A stretch of 64,000 bases of DNA from Chrysomallon squamiferum (Eukaryota > Animalia > Mollusca), in contig CM022666.1 of NCBI GenBank assembly GCA_012295275.1, forward strand, positions 11,470,001 to 11,534,000. Direction: 5' to 3'. Both the position numbers and the translations under genes were made by a program. Every line of letters starts with the position of its first letter. Position 1 is the first letter of the stretch. The notes under the pieces are model-generated. The model did not search any database. It worked only from the letters and a program-made list of their open reading frames with translations, and was not told the DNA's origin. Positions 1 through 12,144 of this stretch are shown here, piece after piece.

Positions 1-1430
1 TCAAAAACAGGCAGTGCTTTTTCTCTACTGTTATTAATGTACGGAAATAATATCAATCACTTTATAAAAATATTACTTCGGTTAATTTCTAACTGATTTA
101 TTAATAACATGATGTGCGACATCGAATAATCGGATAAAAATGATTAAAATGGACAACACTGTGTTAAAGAATTATTTCACGTTATTTCATTTGTATTTTA
201 TTAGCGAATTATGTAATTAGTGCTGTGTTTAAATATCTCTTTATAAATCATACAGAGTAATCAGTTTTCTACGATTTCACTCACCTGCTGTTAAAGTAAA
301 AAGTGTCTTTCAACAAATATACATTCATTGTTAATACAGGCAAACTATACAAAACTAACTAACTAAATAAATAACTAAATAACTAAACAGATAAATAAAT
401 AAATAAATAAATAAATAAATATTACTAATTGCCGCAGACATACTGGCAAACGAAACAAGTTTTCTTGCTGTGGTAATCTCTGTGCTGATTAATTTCTCTC
501 AGTCAGACTTGGTCAGTCATGGGAAAATTTCAATCATCGCCTTGCAAAAGTGGTGAAGGTTGCTGAAAAAAGGCAGTTGTTGCTTCACACACAGCTTGCT
601 CACATCAGCGTCTTCGTCCACTGCTTACAGCATCGCGCCCTCATTACACACGTAATGAACCAACAGCGACAGCGGCTAGCTTCATCTCTTTTATTAGTCA
701 CATCACTTTTTAGTTTTTATCTCTTTCGATCAGCGTTTCCTTCCTCTGTACTTCCCTGGCCAAACAGGGACGTAAAACTGTCGTTTTACTATTGAAACTA
801 ATCTTAGTTCTAATTTTAATCCTTCTGTTTCGATGCTTCATGTCAAAATATGCACTATAAATGTAATGAAGCTGTAATTTTGCTATACATACAAGGGATA
901 TTTAATAAATAAAGATAAATACTTATAATAAGATTATTTATATATCATAAATTCATATGAAGTGAATGAGATCCTTGGTAATAATTACAATTATTATGTG
1001 ATGACAAAACTGCAAAAGCTGATTCTCTTAATTTTTATGTAAATAAAGCTGCATGAATGTCGAAGTGTGTGTTATGTGTGTTACGTTCGTGAATGTCTGT
1101 GAATTTGTCTCTGTGCGGTGTTCTGCAAAGATAAAAGTTCTCAACATCTTCAGTACACATCAGACAAATCTACATTATCATTCGTTTGATTTTTCATTTG
1201 TTAATTACTTTTCAGTTACAGTTAACATCAGTGTCATCAGTGACAGGTTTTCTGAAGTTAATACATTTACCCAGCTTAATCGAAACCCTATTTCTCGTAA
1301 CATAAATAGCGACTGAAGTTTCACAAAATTAATGTATTCTTTTCATTGTTTGGTTGTTTTTCATCTCATTATTTCAGAAAACTGTTCTTAATGCTGAATT
1401 ACAACATTGTGGTTGCTGAACTATACTCTG

Positions 1431-1432
<2 letters not shown>

Positions 1433-1498
<66 letters not shown>
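1433..1498. repeat. (AC)n microsatellite
   Basis: Direct read. Confidence 0.97.
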
Positions 1499-1501
<3 letters not shown>

Positions 1502-2039
1502 CGTACACGCACAAGCAAACACACATACATAGATATGTGCGAATTAATTGAACGTACGTTTATGTTTTAAATTCTATACATAATTATTTCGTGAAATTCG
1601 ACACTAATTCAAAATAGAGCTACAAGTAGGTTGAAAAAATATTTTTATTTCATGCGAAGTAAATAAATAAGCAGCTAACCGGTGCACTAAGCATGGATAA
1701 ATAAATCATTGACTTGTTCTACACCATCAGTGTTTGGTTCATGGAAAACAGACTTTATAACTGCCTAACTGAACATGATATGAAATCCAAGTCACTGCTC
1801 CTTTCTCTGGAATTTCAACGGCCATTTTCTCTTATCTGTAGGGGATTCCACCTTTGATATACGATCCATTAGACTCTGTCAAAAGCTTTCACAGCAGTCA
1901 GCGATAATCTAAAGCTGCGACGAATCCTTGAACTTAATAATTTTACAACATAATGATGTATATTTACTAGAACTGTGTTTCTCGTTGTTATTTTCTTCTT
2001 CTTCATTATATTTTCGCCGTTCTTTTTTTTCTTTACGTA

Positions 2040-2114
2040 TAATAATAATAATAATAGTAATAATAATAATAATAATAAAAATAATAATAATAACAATAAC
2101 TATAACAACAACAA
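2040..2114. repeat. (AAT/AAC)n microsatellite
   Basis: Direct read. Confidence 0.93.
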
Positions 2115-3649
2115 CCCCACACAAAGAAACCCACCCCAAAGAGCAGTGTTGTGTGAGTGAGCGACTTCGTGTAAAGGTCAGGTAACGCTGTTAGATCTCG
2201 GCTACAAAATGAGAAACACATTCTCCTCCTTTGTTTTTATCTCTCCGTGTTATCGGAAAAGCCTGACAGTCGCCTGTTGCTCACGACTCGTTATTTTTTC
2301 TTCTTGATTACGTGCATCAAAATCTACTTAACGAATCGATAAGGCATCAGCGAGGTTTAGCAGAGTGTGAGCAAAACGCGGATAGCGTCAAATAAAAGTC
2401 ATTTTGATATATTAGTCTTCTTCAAATGGTAAACACTGACTTAAGAGTGATACATCTCAGATTGAATTATATTTGAAAACACGTTCGAAACGAAATCATC
2501 CGTGCTTTGTTTTACCAGCTGCGACAAAACACGTTTAGAAGAACTCATAACCATCGCTTCCTCTTCCTAATAAACAGATATAAAATAATCACTCTTAATT
2601 ATTTATTTGTTTGTTTGCTTCTGTGCTTCGTTTCACTGACGTCAAGGATGAAATGTTTTTATATCTTGTAAAATAATATTAATAATTATCTCAGCAGTTT
2701 GAAGAAAAAAAAACCCAAAAAACAAACCGCCTTCAGTCTAATTCTTTTACTTTGGATGTGAACCTAGAAAATGTTTTTAACCATTTTACAACAGTTAATT
2801 TTTCTTTGAACTGTTCTGTTGATAGCAAATTCAAATTAAATTATGAAAGTGACCTCTGTTCATTAAGTGTGCAGAACATTTTGAGAGTTTTGAATTAATT
2901 TTTATTAGACTCAAACACTTTACAACTAATGTCTTTATTTAGTTACAATGTGAGCAGATTCATGGAAGTATACTCGGAAGTTGTGGATTCTTTCAGTGTT
3001 TGTCTCTCATTACTTACAACAGTCTCACACTTACATACATACAGCTGTCTATACAACGATTCCTTATAACATGCATTCTCTTCATTTCCTGTAACACTAA
3101 AACGAGGATCGAGTTACTCATCCGCGTGACAAACAATAATTCCTGCTATTAGACAGACTTCCGTGTGTTTATCCCCAAATCAATACGACAAAGCCGTAAA
3201 TGACCTTGTGTTTTTAAATCAGCATTTCCATTGATCACAGAGCCATAACAAATCTGCCAAAATAAAACTTCTCTCTATTAATCAACGTCTGCTTTGGAAT
3301 AGTGACCCGCCAACAAACACCTACTTGCAAACTATTGATTATCTCTGCATAAAAAGTCATTGCAGTGAAGTGGGTTTGGACATTTTTATTACAGTCATTA
3401 AAGTGAGTTTATGGATGCGAGCATCAAGCCACTATACCATCAACAATTAGTTAATTCCATCTTCGGGGTATGAGCAGCAAATTCAGATGAGTAAACTGCA
3501 CCAACACGACTGGCTAACAGCCGTTTACAGACAAGCGCATCACTCACAGTATGACAGCAGTAACAGATTACACTGCGCTGTCTGACACAACGTGCTGCTG
3601 TCTTCACACGCATTTTGAAAATAATTAAAAATACTCTGATAAATAATTC

Positions 3650-3687
<38 letters not shown>

Positions 3688-4127
3688 TTATCTGTGATGA
3701 AGTCTACTTTTGCATTTACCGCTGCTACTATTACTATTATAACAAACAAAAGGAAAAAATAATTCTTTAAATTATTATTCATTTTCAAAATTTAACTTAA
3801 ACTGTAGTAACATACCGTATATTTAACATGTAAATAAATACATTAAAAATAAAGTCGGGAAAAAAATTATTATAATTTAAAACTACTAAATCGCTGAATA
3901 GAGGGGAAACAGCAGTAACAACAGCAAAAATCTCCGACATTAATAAATGAACATTCAGATGAAAGAAAGAAAGAGAGAAAAAAAAACAACATGAAAAACA
4001 CTCAAAATTATAAGCTTTATCAATTTTATATTTTATCAATAGTTTATCTAATTTATTTCAGCAATAAAAATAGCTCTCAGGGTAAGTCATAAAATAACAA
4101 CTATAAAGATTTTTGTGTTTTTTTCAG

Positions 4128-4277
4128 AGTGGAATGACACGACGCCAATGCCTGTGATGGTTTTTATTCACGGAGAATCGTACGAAACTGGAACCGGGAA
4201 CGCGTACGATGGCAGCGTGCTCTCCAGCTATGGGGACACTATAGTTGTAACTTTAAACTACAGACTGGGAGTGTTAG
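4128..4277 (+). CDS. Neuroligin exon (carboxylesterase-like domain, [10 protein letters not shown]...NYRLGVLG)
   Basis: ttttcAG acceptor and GTaaag donor. Translates [51 protein letters not shown]. Not in the ORF track. Confidence 0.93.
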
Positions 4278-4620
4278 GTAAAGCTTTATAAACTCTACAT
4301 TATGCTACTTGTATTATTATTATTATTAGCAGCACTTCACTACCATGGTCATCTTTACAGACAGTTTTAACTTTAACTTTAACAAAGTCAGTCCAATTCA
4401 TCAGACAAACAGTGATATCTGAAATAGTGTTTTAACTGTTTCACGCAGTGTGAAGTGTAACTAAACTAGTGTTACTAATCTGACGCAATTTACTTGGAAG
4501 AGCCGCCAGGTCGAATCACGACAACACTTCTAATACTGTCAGGTCACCCAGTTCTCCTTCTTCATGCATAAACGTTTTATGAACCATTTTACCTTAACCT
4601 TTGTAACGACAAACACGTGA

Positions 4621-4776
4621 TGTGTCTGTGTGTCTCTATGTGCGTCTCTATGTGTGTGTGTGCCTGTGTGTGTGTCTGTGTATGTGTGTCTGTGTGACTG
4701 TGTGTGTGTGTGTCTATGTGTGTGTGTGTGTGTGTGTGTGTCTGTGTGTGTGTGTCTGTGTGTGTGTCTATGTGAC

Positions 4777-4802
<26 letters not shown>
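4621..4802. repeat. Interrupted (TG)n microsatellite
   Basis: Direct read. Confidence 0.95.
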
Positions 4803-4807
<5 letters not shown>

Positions 4808-4890
4808 TCCTTCATTTTTTTTGTTTTTAAATGTTAACTGTTGGATTTCATATATATTATTTTGAAACGCGATCCAACATCACACATTAC

Positions 4891-4912
4891 TATTATTATT
4901 ATTATTATTATC

Positions 4913-4966
<54 letters not shown>
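4891..4966. repeat. (TAT)n microsatellite abutting a neuroligin splice acceptor
   Basis: Direct read. Confidence 0.95.
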
Positions 4967-4976
4967 TTTTGAACAG

Positions 4977-5162
4977 GTTTTCTGAGCACGGGCGACCACG
5001 CTGCGATGGGTAACTACGCTATCCTGGACATCATACAAGCGCTGCACTGGCTGAGAGAAAACATTGTCAGTTTTAACGGAGATCCTCAGAAAGTCACTCT
5101 GTTTGGACACGGACACGGAGCAGCAATAGTTAATATTTTACTACTGTCACCAATAGCAACAG
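4977..5162 (+). CDS. Neuroligin exon (nucleophile-elbow region, non-catalytic FGHGHG)
   Basis: aacAG and GTtcgt boundaries. Translates FLSTGDHAAMGNYAILDIIQALHWLRENIVSFNGDPQKVTLFGHGHGAAIVNILLLSPIAT. Confidence 0.93.
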
Positions 5163-5501
5163 GTTCGTTAGTCCTAGCTACAAATCACATTACTTTGAAG
5201 CAAACAAACAAACAAACAAACAAACAAAACAGTCCTAAAGAATAATAATAAAATAAATAAATAAATAAAATTTAAAAAGAATTCCCATTATGAAAAGTTT
5301 TACACTGCATTTTAACATAAAATATGTGAACCAACTTTTAAAATGTATTTAAATATACAATTCTGATGCTGCCAAGCGATATAAATTCGTAAAGGTTTGA
5401 CCTAAACTGTAATCATTCATCATTGTAGATGTACATTATTTATAAAGTTTAAAAAGTGTGTTTTGAAATACAAATATATATATATATTTTTTCCTCAACA
5501 G

Positions 5502-6303
5502 AAGGTAGAGGACCATTTTTCCACCGAGCTATCATCCAGAGTGGGTCTGCTTTGAGCACGTGGGCTGTTTCCTACGACCCAGTCTGGTGCACTCAGAAAC
5601 TCGCAGTCAACACCAACTGCTCAACGCACATCGCAAACTCACAAGCGCTGATTAGGTGTTTGCGAAAGAGAACTTACTCAGAGCTGATCAGTGCTGTTCC
5701 AAAAGCGCCAAAGTACTACTCTTGTTTCGCACCTTCTGTGGACAGCTGGACGGTGCTTCCGAAAAAAGCGGAAACCATCATAAAGGAAAAGAAAAGTAAA
5801 TTTGCTTCTGCCAAAGTAATGTTTGGTATCACAAAAAACGAAGCCTATTCATATTTGAAACAACAGGAAATTCAAAAAGGAATTTCTGAATTTAGAAAAA
5901 CGCAAATTATAAGGACGTACGTACAAAATGTGTTTCGTTATCATAGACAGAAAATATTCGAAATTTTGGATCACCATTACACTGACTGGAACAGGATTTC
6001 AGACAAACTATCAAAGAGAAATAACATTCTAGAACTCCTTAGTGACGGACAGTACGTTGGTCCCCTCGTCAAAGCGGCTCAGTACCACGCAGAGACTGCG
6101 CCAACCTACCTGTACGCCTTCACGTATTCCACGCAGTCCGAGGATACGCAGGATGTTCACGGTATCCATGGAGACGAACTTCCATACGTGTTTGGTGCTC
6201 CTTTAGTGGGTGGTTTGTCACCCTTTCCCTCTACGTACACAAGCGCTGAAAAAATGCTCAGCGAAGCTGTAATGACATACTGGACAAATTTTGCTAAAAC
6301 CGG
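5502..6303 (+). CDS. Neuroligin exon (large ectodomain exon)
   Basis: caacAG acceptor and GTaaga donor. Contains FHRAIIQSGS, HGDELPYVFG and YWTNFAKTG. Confidence 0.94.
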
Positions 6304-8864
6304 GTAAGATTATTTTATTTATTTATTTACATATTTGTCTGTTTGTCTTTCTTTTTTTTTTTTTTTTTGTGGAAATTGCAAGAGAGCTGCCTAGTAAACG
6401 GTATTGTTATAAATTGCTGCTATTTATTTTAAAATAAATAAATAAATAAATAAATTAAAAAAAAGCTTAGTGACGAGTATGTTACTTGAATTCAGCGTGT
6501 TTAAGCTAATGAAAGGATGCTGAATGTGGTTTTTTGTTTGCACCCTCTAAACATGCACGTTGTCTCCTGGCGGACTATCCATTTCAGCGTGACGTCTCAT
6601 ACTTTGGTGTGCAATGATTTATCTATTTGCGTGATCTTTCCCCGCTCTTATATCTTAATCACTATCAATCAGAGTCTAAAGACAAACAAAATTCGGGTTT
6701 TTATCAACAGGGAAATCGATTTGGTAAGAAAGTCATTGGTGTGGTATTAGTAGAGAATTTATATATCACTTGATAATTCAGACTACATATGTATTTTTAT
6801 AACAGTATACACAGATTATAGGAAAAGAAATGTACAAAAATTGTATTTTGGTTAGTTAAAATTACAAGTTAAAAGTTTTATTTTGTTTAGTAGAAGATGT
6901 TCGTATTTAACTACCTGTAATAAATAGTAGCTCTATAGCTGATTGTATTATTAAAGGGTGAATGTGGTACATATTTATAGAAACTGTTCTAATATTATTT
7001 GTGTAACATAATAATCTGTCAAAGATGCTTTGGTGATGTGTAAACACGTTCAGAAAAAATTAACACATCGTAAATCAAAATGTCAGTAATGTGAATGAAA
7101 TATAAGAAACTGAAATACTGTATAACCATGTTTCTGCTTTCAGTAATATCACTTGTAAAAAACACAGACAAGGTTTTCTCAAATTATTTTCGCATAGAAA
7201 AAAGCGACTTTTTGTTGCATCATATGAGTAACGAATATGAAAATAAATGTTTTGATAGTGTGGTGTTTATTTGTCAGTGTAATCCACAAGATTTACACAG
7301 GATTTAACCCGATTTCACTTGAGTGCCAAATAATGAAGTGTACACAGCGCTTTGCTTTTCCTGATTGAATGACGCCATTTGCCACAGGCGATGTAGACTT
7401 GTTTCTTCTCTGTTTATGCTTTTGTTATTGCTGAGACGAGATGAGACGCTGTCAGATCGTAATGCTTACATACGGAAATTGATTGTACAAGGTCGAGTTG
7501 GATTTTTGATGAGAAAAGCAGATAATTCTCACATTTATGCAATAGTATCGTTCAAACAATTGTTTGTTCAGCATGTATGTGGATATACTGATATATATAT
7601 ATACTCACAAATACTCAAACACACACATTGGAAACACAAACACCCACACAGGTACACAGTTGATTCAAATGTCAAATAAAACTTAATGATTATAATGCAC
7701 TGTACACATCCTGCATTAAAAATATATATATATATACATAAAAAATAAAACATCGTTGAACTTTGATCTTTCCCATTTACTAGTGAAAGCTATGTTCTTT
7801 TCCCTGGGTCATTATGCTGTGGATATTGGCAAACGGTCAACAACATTACTTAATATTAAACTGTTATCTGCAATCATTTCCATTTTTATTCCAAGTTTCC
7901 CACTCGAGATCTTCCTATGCTGGGACCTTGTTAAAGTAACTTATCGACCGTGGACCACTAATGGACGCAGATGATCTCGGGTCTTTCATTGGATAAACCA
8001 TGAAAAGGGCACCAATAAACAATTCTATGAGAAATCGAATAAAAGCCGTGAAGTCAAATGGCGGTGCAGACTTCGCGCCATTTATTTCAATCTGTATCGA
8101 CATTCTGGTCAAAGACATGAATTAAATGACCGGTTTCCACGTAAAATGATTTATACAACAGTAGCTGAAGGTGATGTTCACTGCCAAAAAGACGAAAAAG
8201 ATTTATGGAGACAATCTTCAGAGCCGAGAAGATCATCTCTGCTTGGCTATTAAATGGAAAAAATTATTTTATGATAATACATGTTATTTTCTCCAGACGT
8301 CAGTGCTAGATCTTAAACATGCCTGCTGGTGTCGGTGGTGTAATATTTCTCCCCGGCGGCGAAACAAGAATTAATTATTAATGTTGTTGATCTTAAATTT
8401 GCATTGCAGATAGAACAACAGAATAAATAAACAAACAAACTGAAACGCAATACACAGAGAATAGCAGGAACATACTGCTTTGTTTAACACGCTTTGTTTT
8501 ACTGAACACTACAAAGTTTTTCTATTAAATAAGAACACGGCGTGACGGGAAAACTCAGCAGGTGACTTTGATTTTGATTGATAATTTCACAATCAAGTTT
8601 CCCAGTCTAGACTCTACAAGTTTATAAGCCTGAGAAATAAATTTAATTTAGCACAGTCTTCCCACCATTCATATATAACTGAATAATAATAAGTATAATT
8701 ATTATAATTTTTTATTAACAATTCAAAATTCTTATTTATGGGAGGTTGATTTTATTTAATCACGTGTAGTTTTTGGTATGAAATAGTTCCTAGTGGCGCC
8801 GCAAACGAAGTAAATTCCAGTAAAAGTAAAAAAAAAAAAAAAAAAATATTTATATATATATATA

Positions 8865-8888
8865 TATGTATGTATGTATGTATGTAGT

Positions 8889-8922
<34 letters not shown>

Positions 8923-9064
8923 TGTATGTATGTATGTATGTATGTATGTATGTATATGTATGTATGTATGTATGTATTTATGTATGTATGTATGTATGTA
9001 TGTATGTATGTATGTATGTATGTATGTATGTATGTATTTATGTATGTATGTATGTATGTATGTA
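8865..9064. repeat. (TATG)n microsatellite
   Basis: Direct read. Confidence 0.96.
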
Positions 9065-9308
9065 AAGAATGTGACTTTTAATGATAATTAATGTGTAAAG
9101 AGATATGTATGTTTTGTACGTTTATTTCTGCAACTGTAGTAGTAGTATTGATATGTGTGATTTTATTTTTTCTTTATTTTATTTAAATTCAAAATGTAAT
9201 GTTTTCTTTTTTTTTTTTTTGAAACTAATTGTTATGTCAAATTATTTAGCAGATTAAATTCTGGATTAAAAACGTCATCAGTTTATGTTTTAATACGTTT
9301 TTTTCCAG

Positions 9309-9424
9309 GAATCCCAATGAGCCGAGGAATCAGACGTCTATTCACGGCGGCAAGGTGACAAACAGGTTTGTCAACATCCACTGGCCGAAGTACGATCTAA
9401 AGAATCAGCACTATCTGCAAATAG
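9309..9424 (+). CDS. Neuroligin exon (NPNEP...WPKYD...YLQI)
   Basis: ttttccAG acceptor and GTgggt donor, phase 2 in and phase 1 out. Translates NPNEPRNQTSIHGGKVTNRFVNIHWPKYDLKNQHYLQI. Not in the ORF track. Confidence 0.9.
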
Positions 9425-10825
9425 GTGGGTTCGACCTCGACATGGGACACAACAGTGGTTAGCATTATTGCAACTTTTCTCCACTGAATGCCAGTAGACC
9501 GTTAGTTGTGTCCCTGTTACAAACTAATAACACGTTCACGATTCCATGCTTTCCTCTAATAACAGTCATTCGTGCCAAACACTGAGGTAGCTGGTTTCTG
9601 GTAGAGAATATTTATAGTTAGTATGTCAAGCTTTCTGAAAAACGTAATCGAATCTGCGCTCGCTAACTGCCAGCTTATTAAATTATAAAATGTGTTAACT
9701 AACTGTAAAAATCATTAATACAGACTGACACGTCATCAACGCTAATTGCTTCCTGATTAAAAAAGCATTAACATTTTCATATATATATGTATATATATAC
9801 ATATATATTTGTGTTTGCGTGTGTGTGTTTTATTGCTTGATTGCTTTTGAGGACCTGTCTAATCTAATAAAAAAAACAAAAAAAAAAAAAAAAAAAAACG
9901 AAAGAGCAACAACAAAAAATAATTTTTGAACGTATAAATGCAAACAGTAAAAGTAACTTTTTGTAATATATCAGTTAAGTGTACATTAAATATGACTCGT
10001 TTTAGAAGTCTGGGATATGATCATTCTTAACATTATACATTGTTTAACCGACCAACATCCTGAACCGTTCTTACAGCGAAATCATGACTGAATTGTGAAA
10101 GATGAATCTGGTATAACTGGTCGTCAAAAATAATAAAATTATAACTGTATTGATAAAAAATATATATATTTAAACCATTTTTGCACTTTGCACTTTAAAT
10201 AAACTATTTTTATTTCAAGTAATTCCAAATCAGCCATTAAAATTCATGGAATCAGTTCACATTTATTCTTCTATTCTAAACTCTTCTAAAAAACTGAACA
10301 TTAGTTATATTAACATTTTTTCTCAATTATTGATGACATTATTAATAGATAATATTTAATTTTAAATGCCATAATCGTGAGACTGAAAAAATTAAAATAT
10401 TCAAGAAATAGAACCGATTCAAGATAAATAGTTCGTTGTTTCCTAAATAGATCAGTGTAAATAATTATTTCTTAAATCAACTTTTAATTTGTTCTAAATA
10501 TCAAAAGGCAGCAATCTTCGTTTTGCTTCATTTCAGGAACATAGAAATCATATAACAAAAATCGCAATTGTAATACTAAATTTTATTTCATTCCCATTAT
10601 ATGGCCAAAACAAAATAATTATTTCATTAAATAATTATTATTTTTGTTATGCTGTTATTATATAATCTTTCTGTGTTGTTTTATACGTTGTTGTTGCTCT
10701 TGTATAGAAAATATCTGCATGTATAATGCTATCTGAAGATGATAATATTTTTCGTACGAGTTTAAAACGTAATGAAATGATCGCTACTGAAAAGTTTGTG
10801 TTTCTTTTTTTTCTTCTGTTTGAAG

Positions 10826-11793
10826 CACGAAGACCTACCATACGACATCACTATCGAGGTCAGAAATTAGCTCTGTGGTTAGACCTGATCCCCAAAATTA
10901 ACCAGAAAGACGATTCCGATCCGACACAACATCTCCTGAACAACGCCAACAACATGTCGACATTCGATGATTACCATCGCCTTGTTCCTGCATACGACAA
11001 CGTTTTCCCGTCACCACCGCCAATGCCCCCAATATCCCCCACGTGGGGGGTGCCTAATGACGGAGCCTGGTCTACTAAGGGATATTACTCTGATTTTACT
11101 CTCGAGAACGAATCAGAGAATCCTTTACGTTTCGGTCGATCTTCTATTGGCCCAGGGGAATCAACAACAGTGACAGGTGGATCAGAAAACTTACGACTCG
11201 GTGACGCCAGTGAAGAAGTAACTATTGTTCCGGTGCCAGCTTCTGGGAGTGAAAACAAATCTACTAGTTCCGTCCCACTTAGCATAACCGTCGCTGTTGG
11301 TTGTTCTTTACTTTTCTTAAATATTTTGATATTTGCTGGTGTTTACTATCAACGTCAGCGCATTAAAAGGATGAAAGCGAGGTCAGAAGAACCGCACGAT
11401 GATTTAGAAGAGGCGAAAGTAAGTGAAAAGCCAGAATCAGACATCGGTGTTAACAGCACCTCGCCAGAATCGTTCAGTCTGATGCCTCAGTCGGAGAGTT
11501 CTACTAAAAATCAACAATCCAGCCCTCAAAATCATACAAAACCATCTGCACAAAATAAACCTTCTTCTCCGAGCTCAAACTATACATACACTGCTGTCCC
11601 AACCAGCGCATCGCCTATGCATCGCTCTCAGCTGCACAGTTTTGGTCAGCCTGTAACTTTGAACACTTTCGGAAAGACAAAACCGCCTGATTATTCCGAC
11701 ATCAGACATGAACGTGATGGGACTGCTTACAAAGTTATTAATAAAGGTTCAGGGAAGGACAATAGTTCAAATAACGCTATTACAATTGTATAG
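10826..11793 (+). CDS. Neuroligin terminal coding exon (stalk, TM helix, cytoplasmic tail, PDZ ligand)
   Basis: Pyrimidine tract plus gaAG acceptor. Contains HHYRGQKLALWLDLIP, the TM segment LSITVAVGCSLLFLNILIFAGVYY typical of neuroligins, and ends NNAITIV-stop. Confidence 0.93.
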
Positions 11794-12144
11794 TACATCT
11801 GTGTTTAGATGAATAGTTTTGTAGGCCACAGCTGATTGGTTGTGACCAGACAACATTTTACGTCCAGGCATGAATGTTAGACGTTGCAGCCAAAATATTT
11901 GATATCATTGTTTATAGAACAGATACGTCCATTTCTATATTTGTAGCATTGTTCAAATTAGTGATATTTATATTTCTTAAGTCAAAGCCATGATATGAAC
12001 GAATGTGAAAGAGATTAACAAATAATAATAATAATACAAAAATATGTATAAAAAATATATTAATGATATATGATAAATAGTATTATGCAGAATTCAGCTT
12101 TTTTGAAAAAGAAATAATTCTATAGGCTGTTGATGATTTATGTA

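Larger units (their letters stand above)
4128..11793 (+). other. Neuroligin gene span (5'-partial; five coding exons inside the window)
   Basis: Exons 4128-4277, 4977-5162, 5502-6303, 9309-9424 and 10826-11793 join in frame through GT-AG introns. Product: cholinesterase-like ectodomain lacking the nucleophile Ser, a single TM helix and a cytoplasmic tail ending in a class I PDZ ligand (-TIV). The signal peptide and N-terminal exons were not found in the window. Confidence 0.93.

Noticed and set aside
1346-2221. Poly-HT, poly-N, poly-I, poly-L and poly-Y ORFs
   Set aside because: They are translations of microsatellites. The same applies to ORFs at 4622, 4831, 8866-9091, 15965, 17580, 21889, 29212, 48902, 55897, 56559, 59993-60581 and 63006.
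1-4060. Upstream neuroligin coding exons (signal peptide, EDCLYLN motif)
   Set aside because: Not found by eye in this interval; they presumably lie before the window.
10726-10825. ORF-track N-terminus of the 355 aa ORF
   Set aside because: It is intron sequence upstream of the acceptor at 10825. The same applies to 5456-5501, 28419-28439 and 52354-52404.
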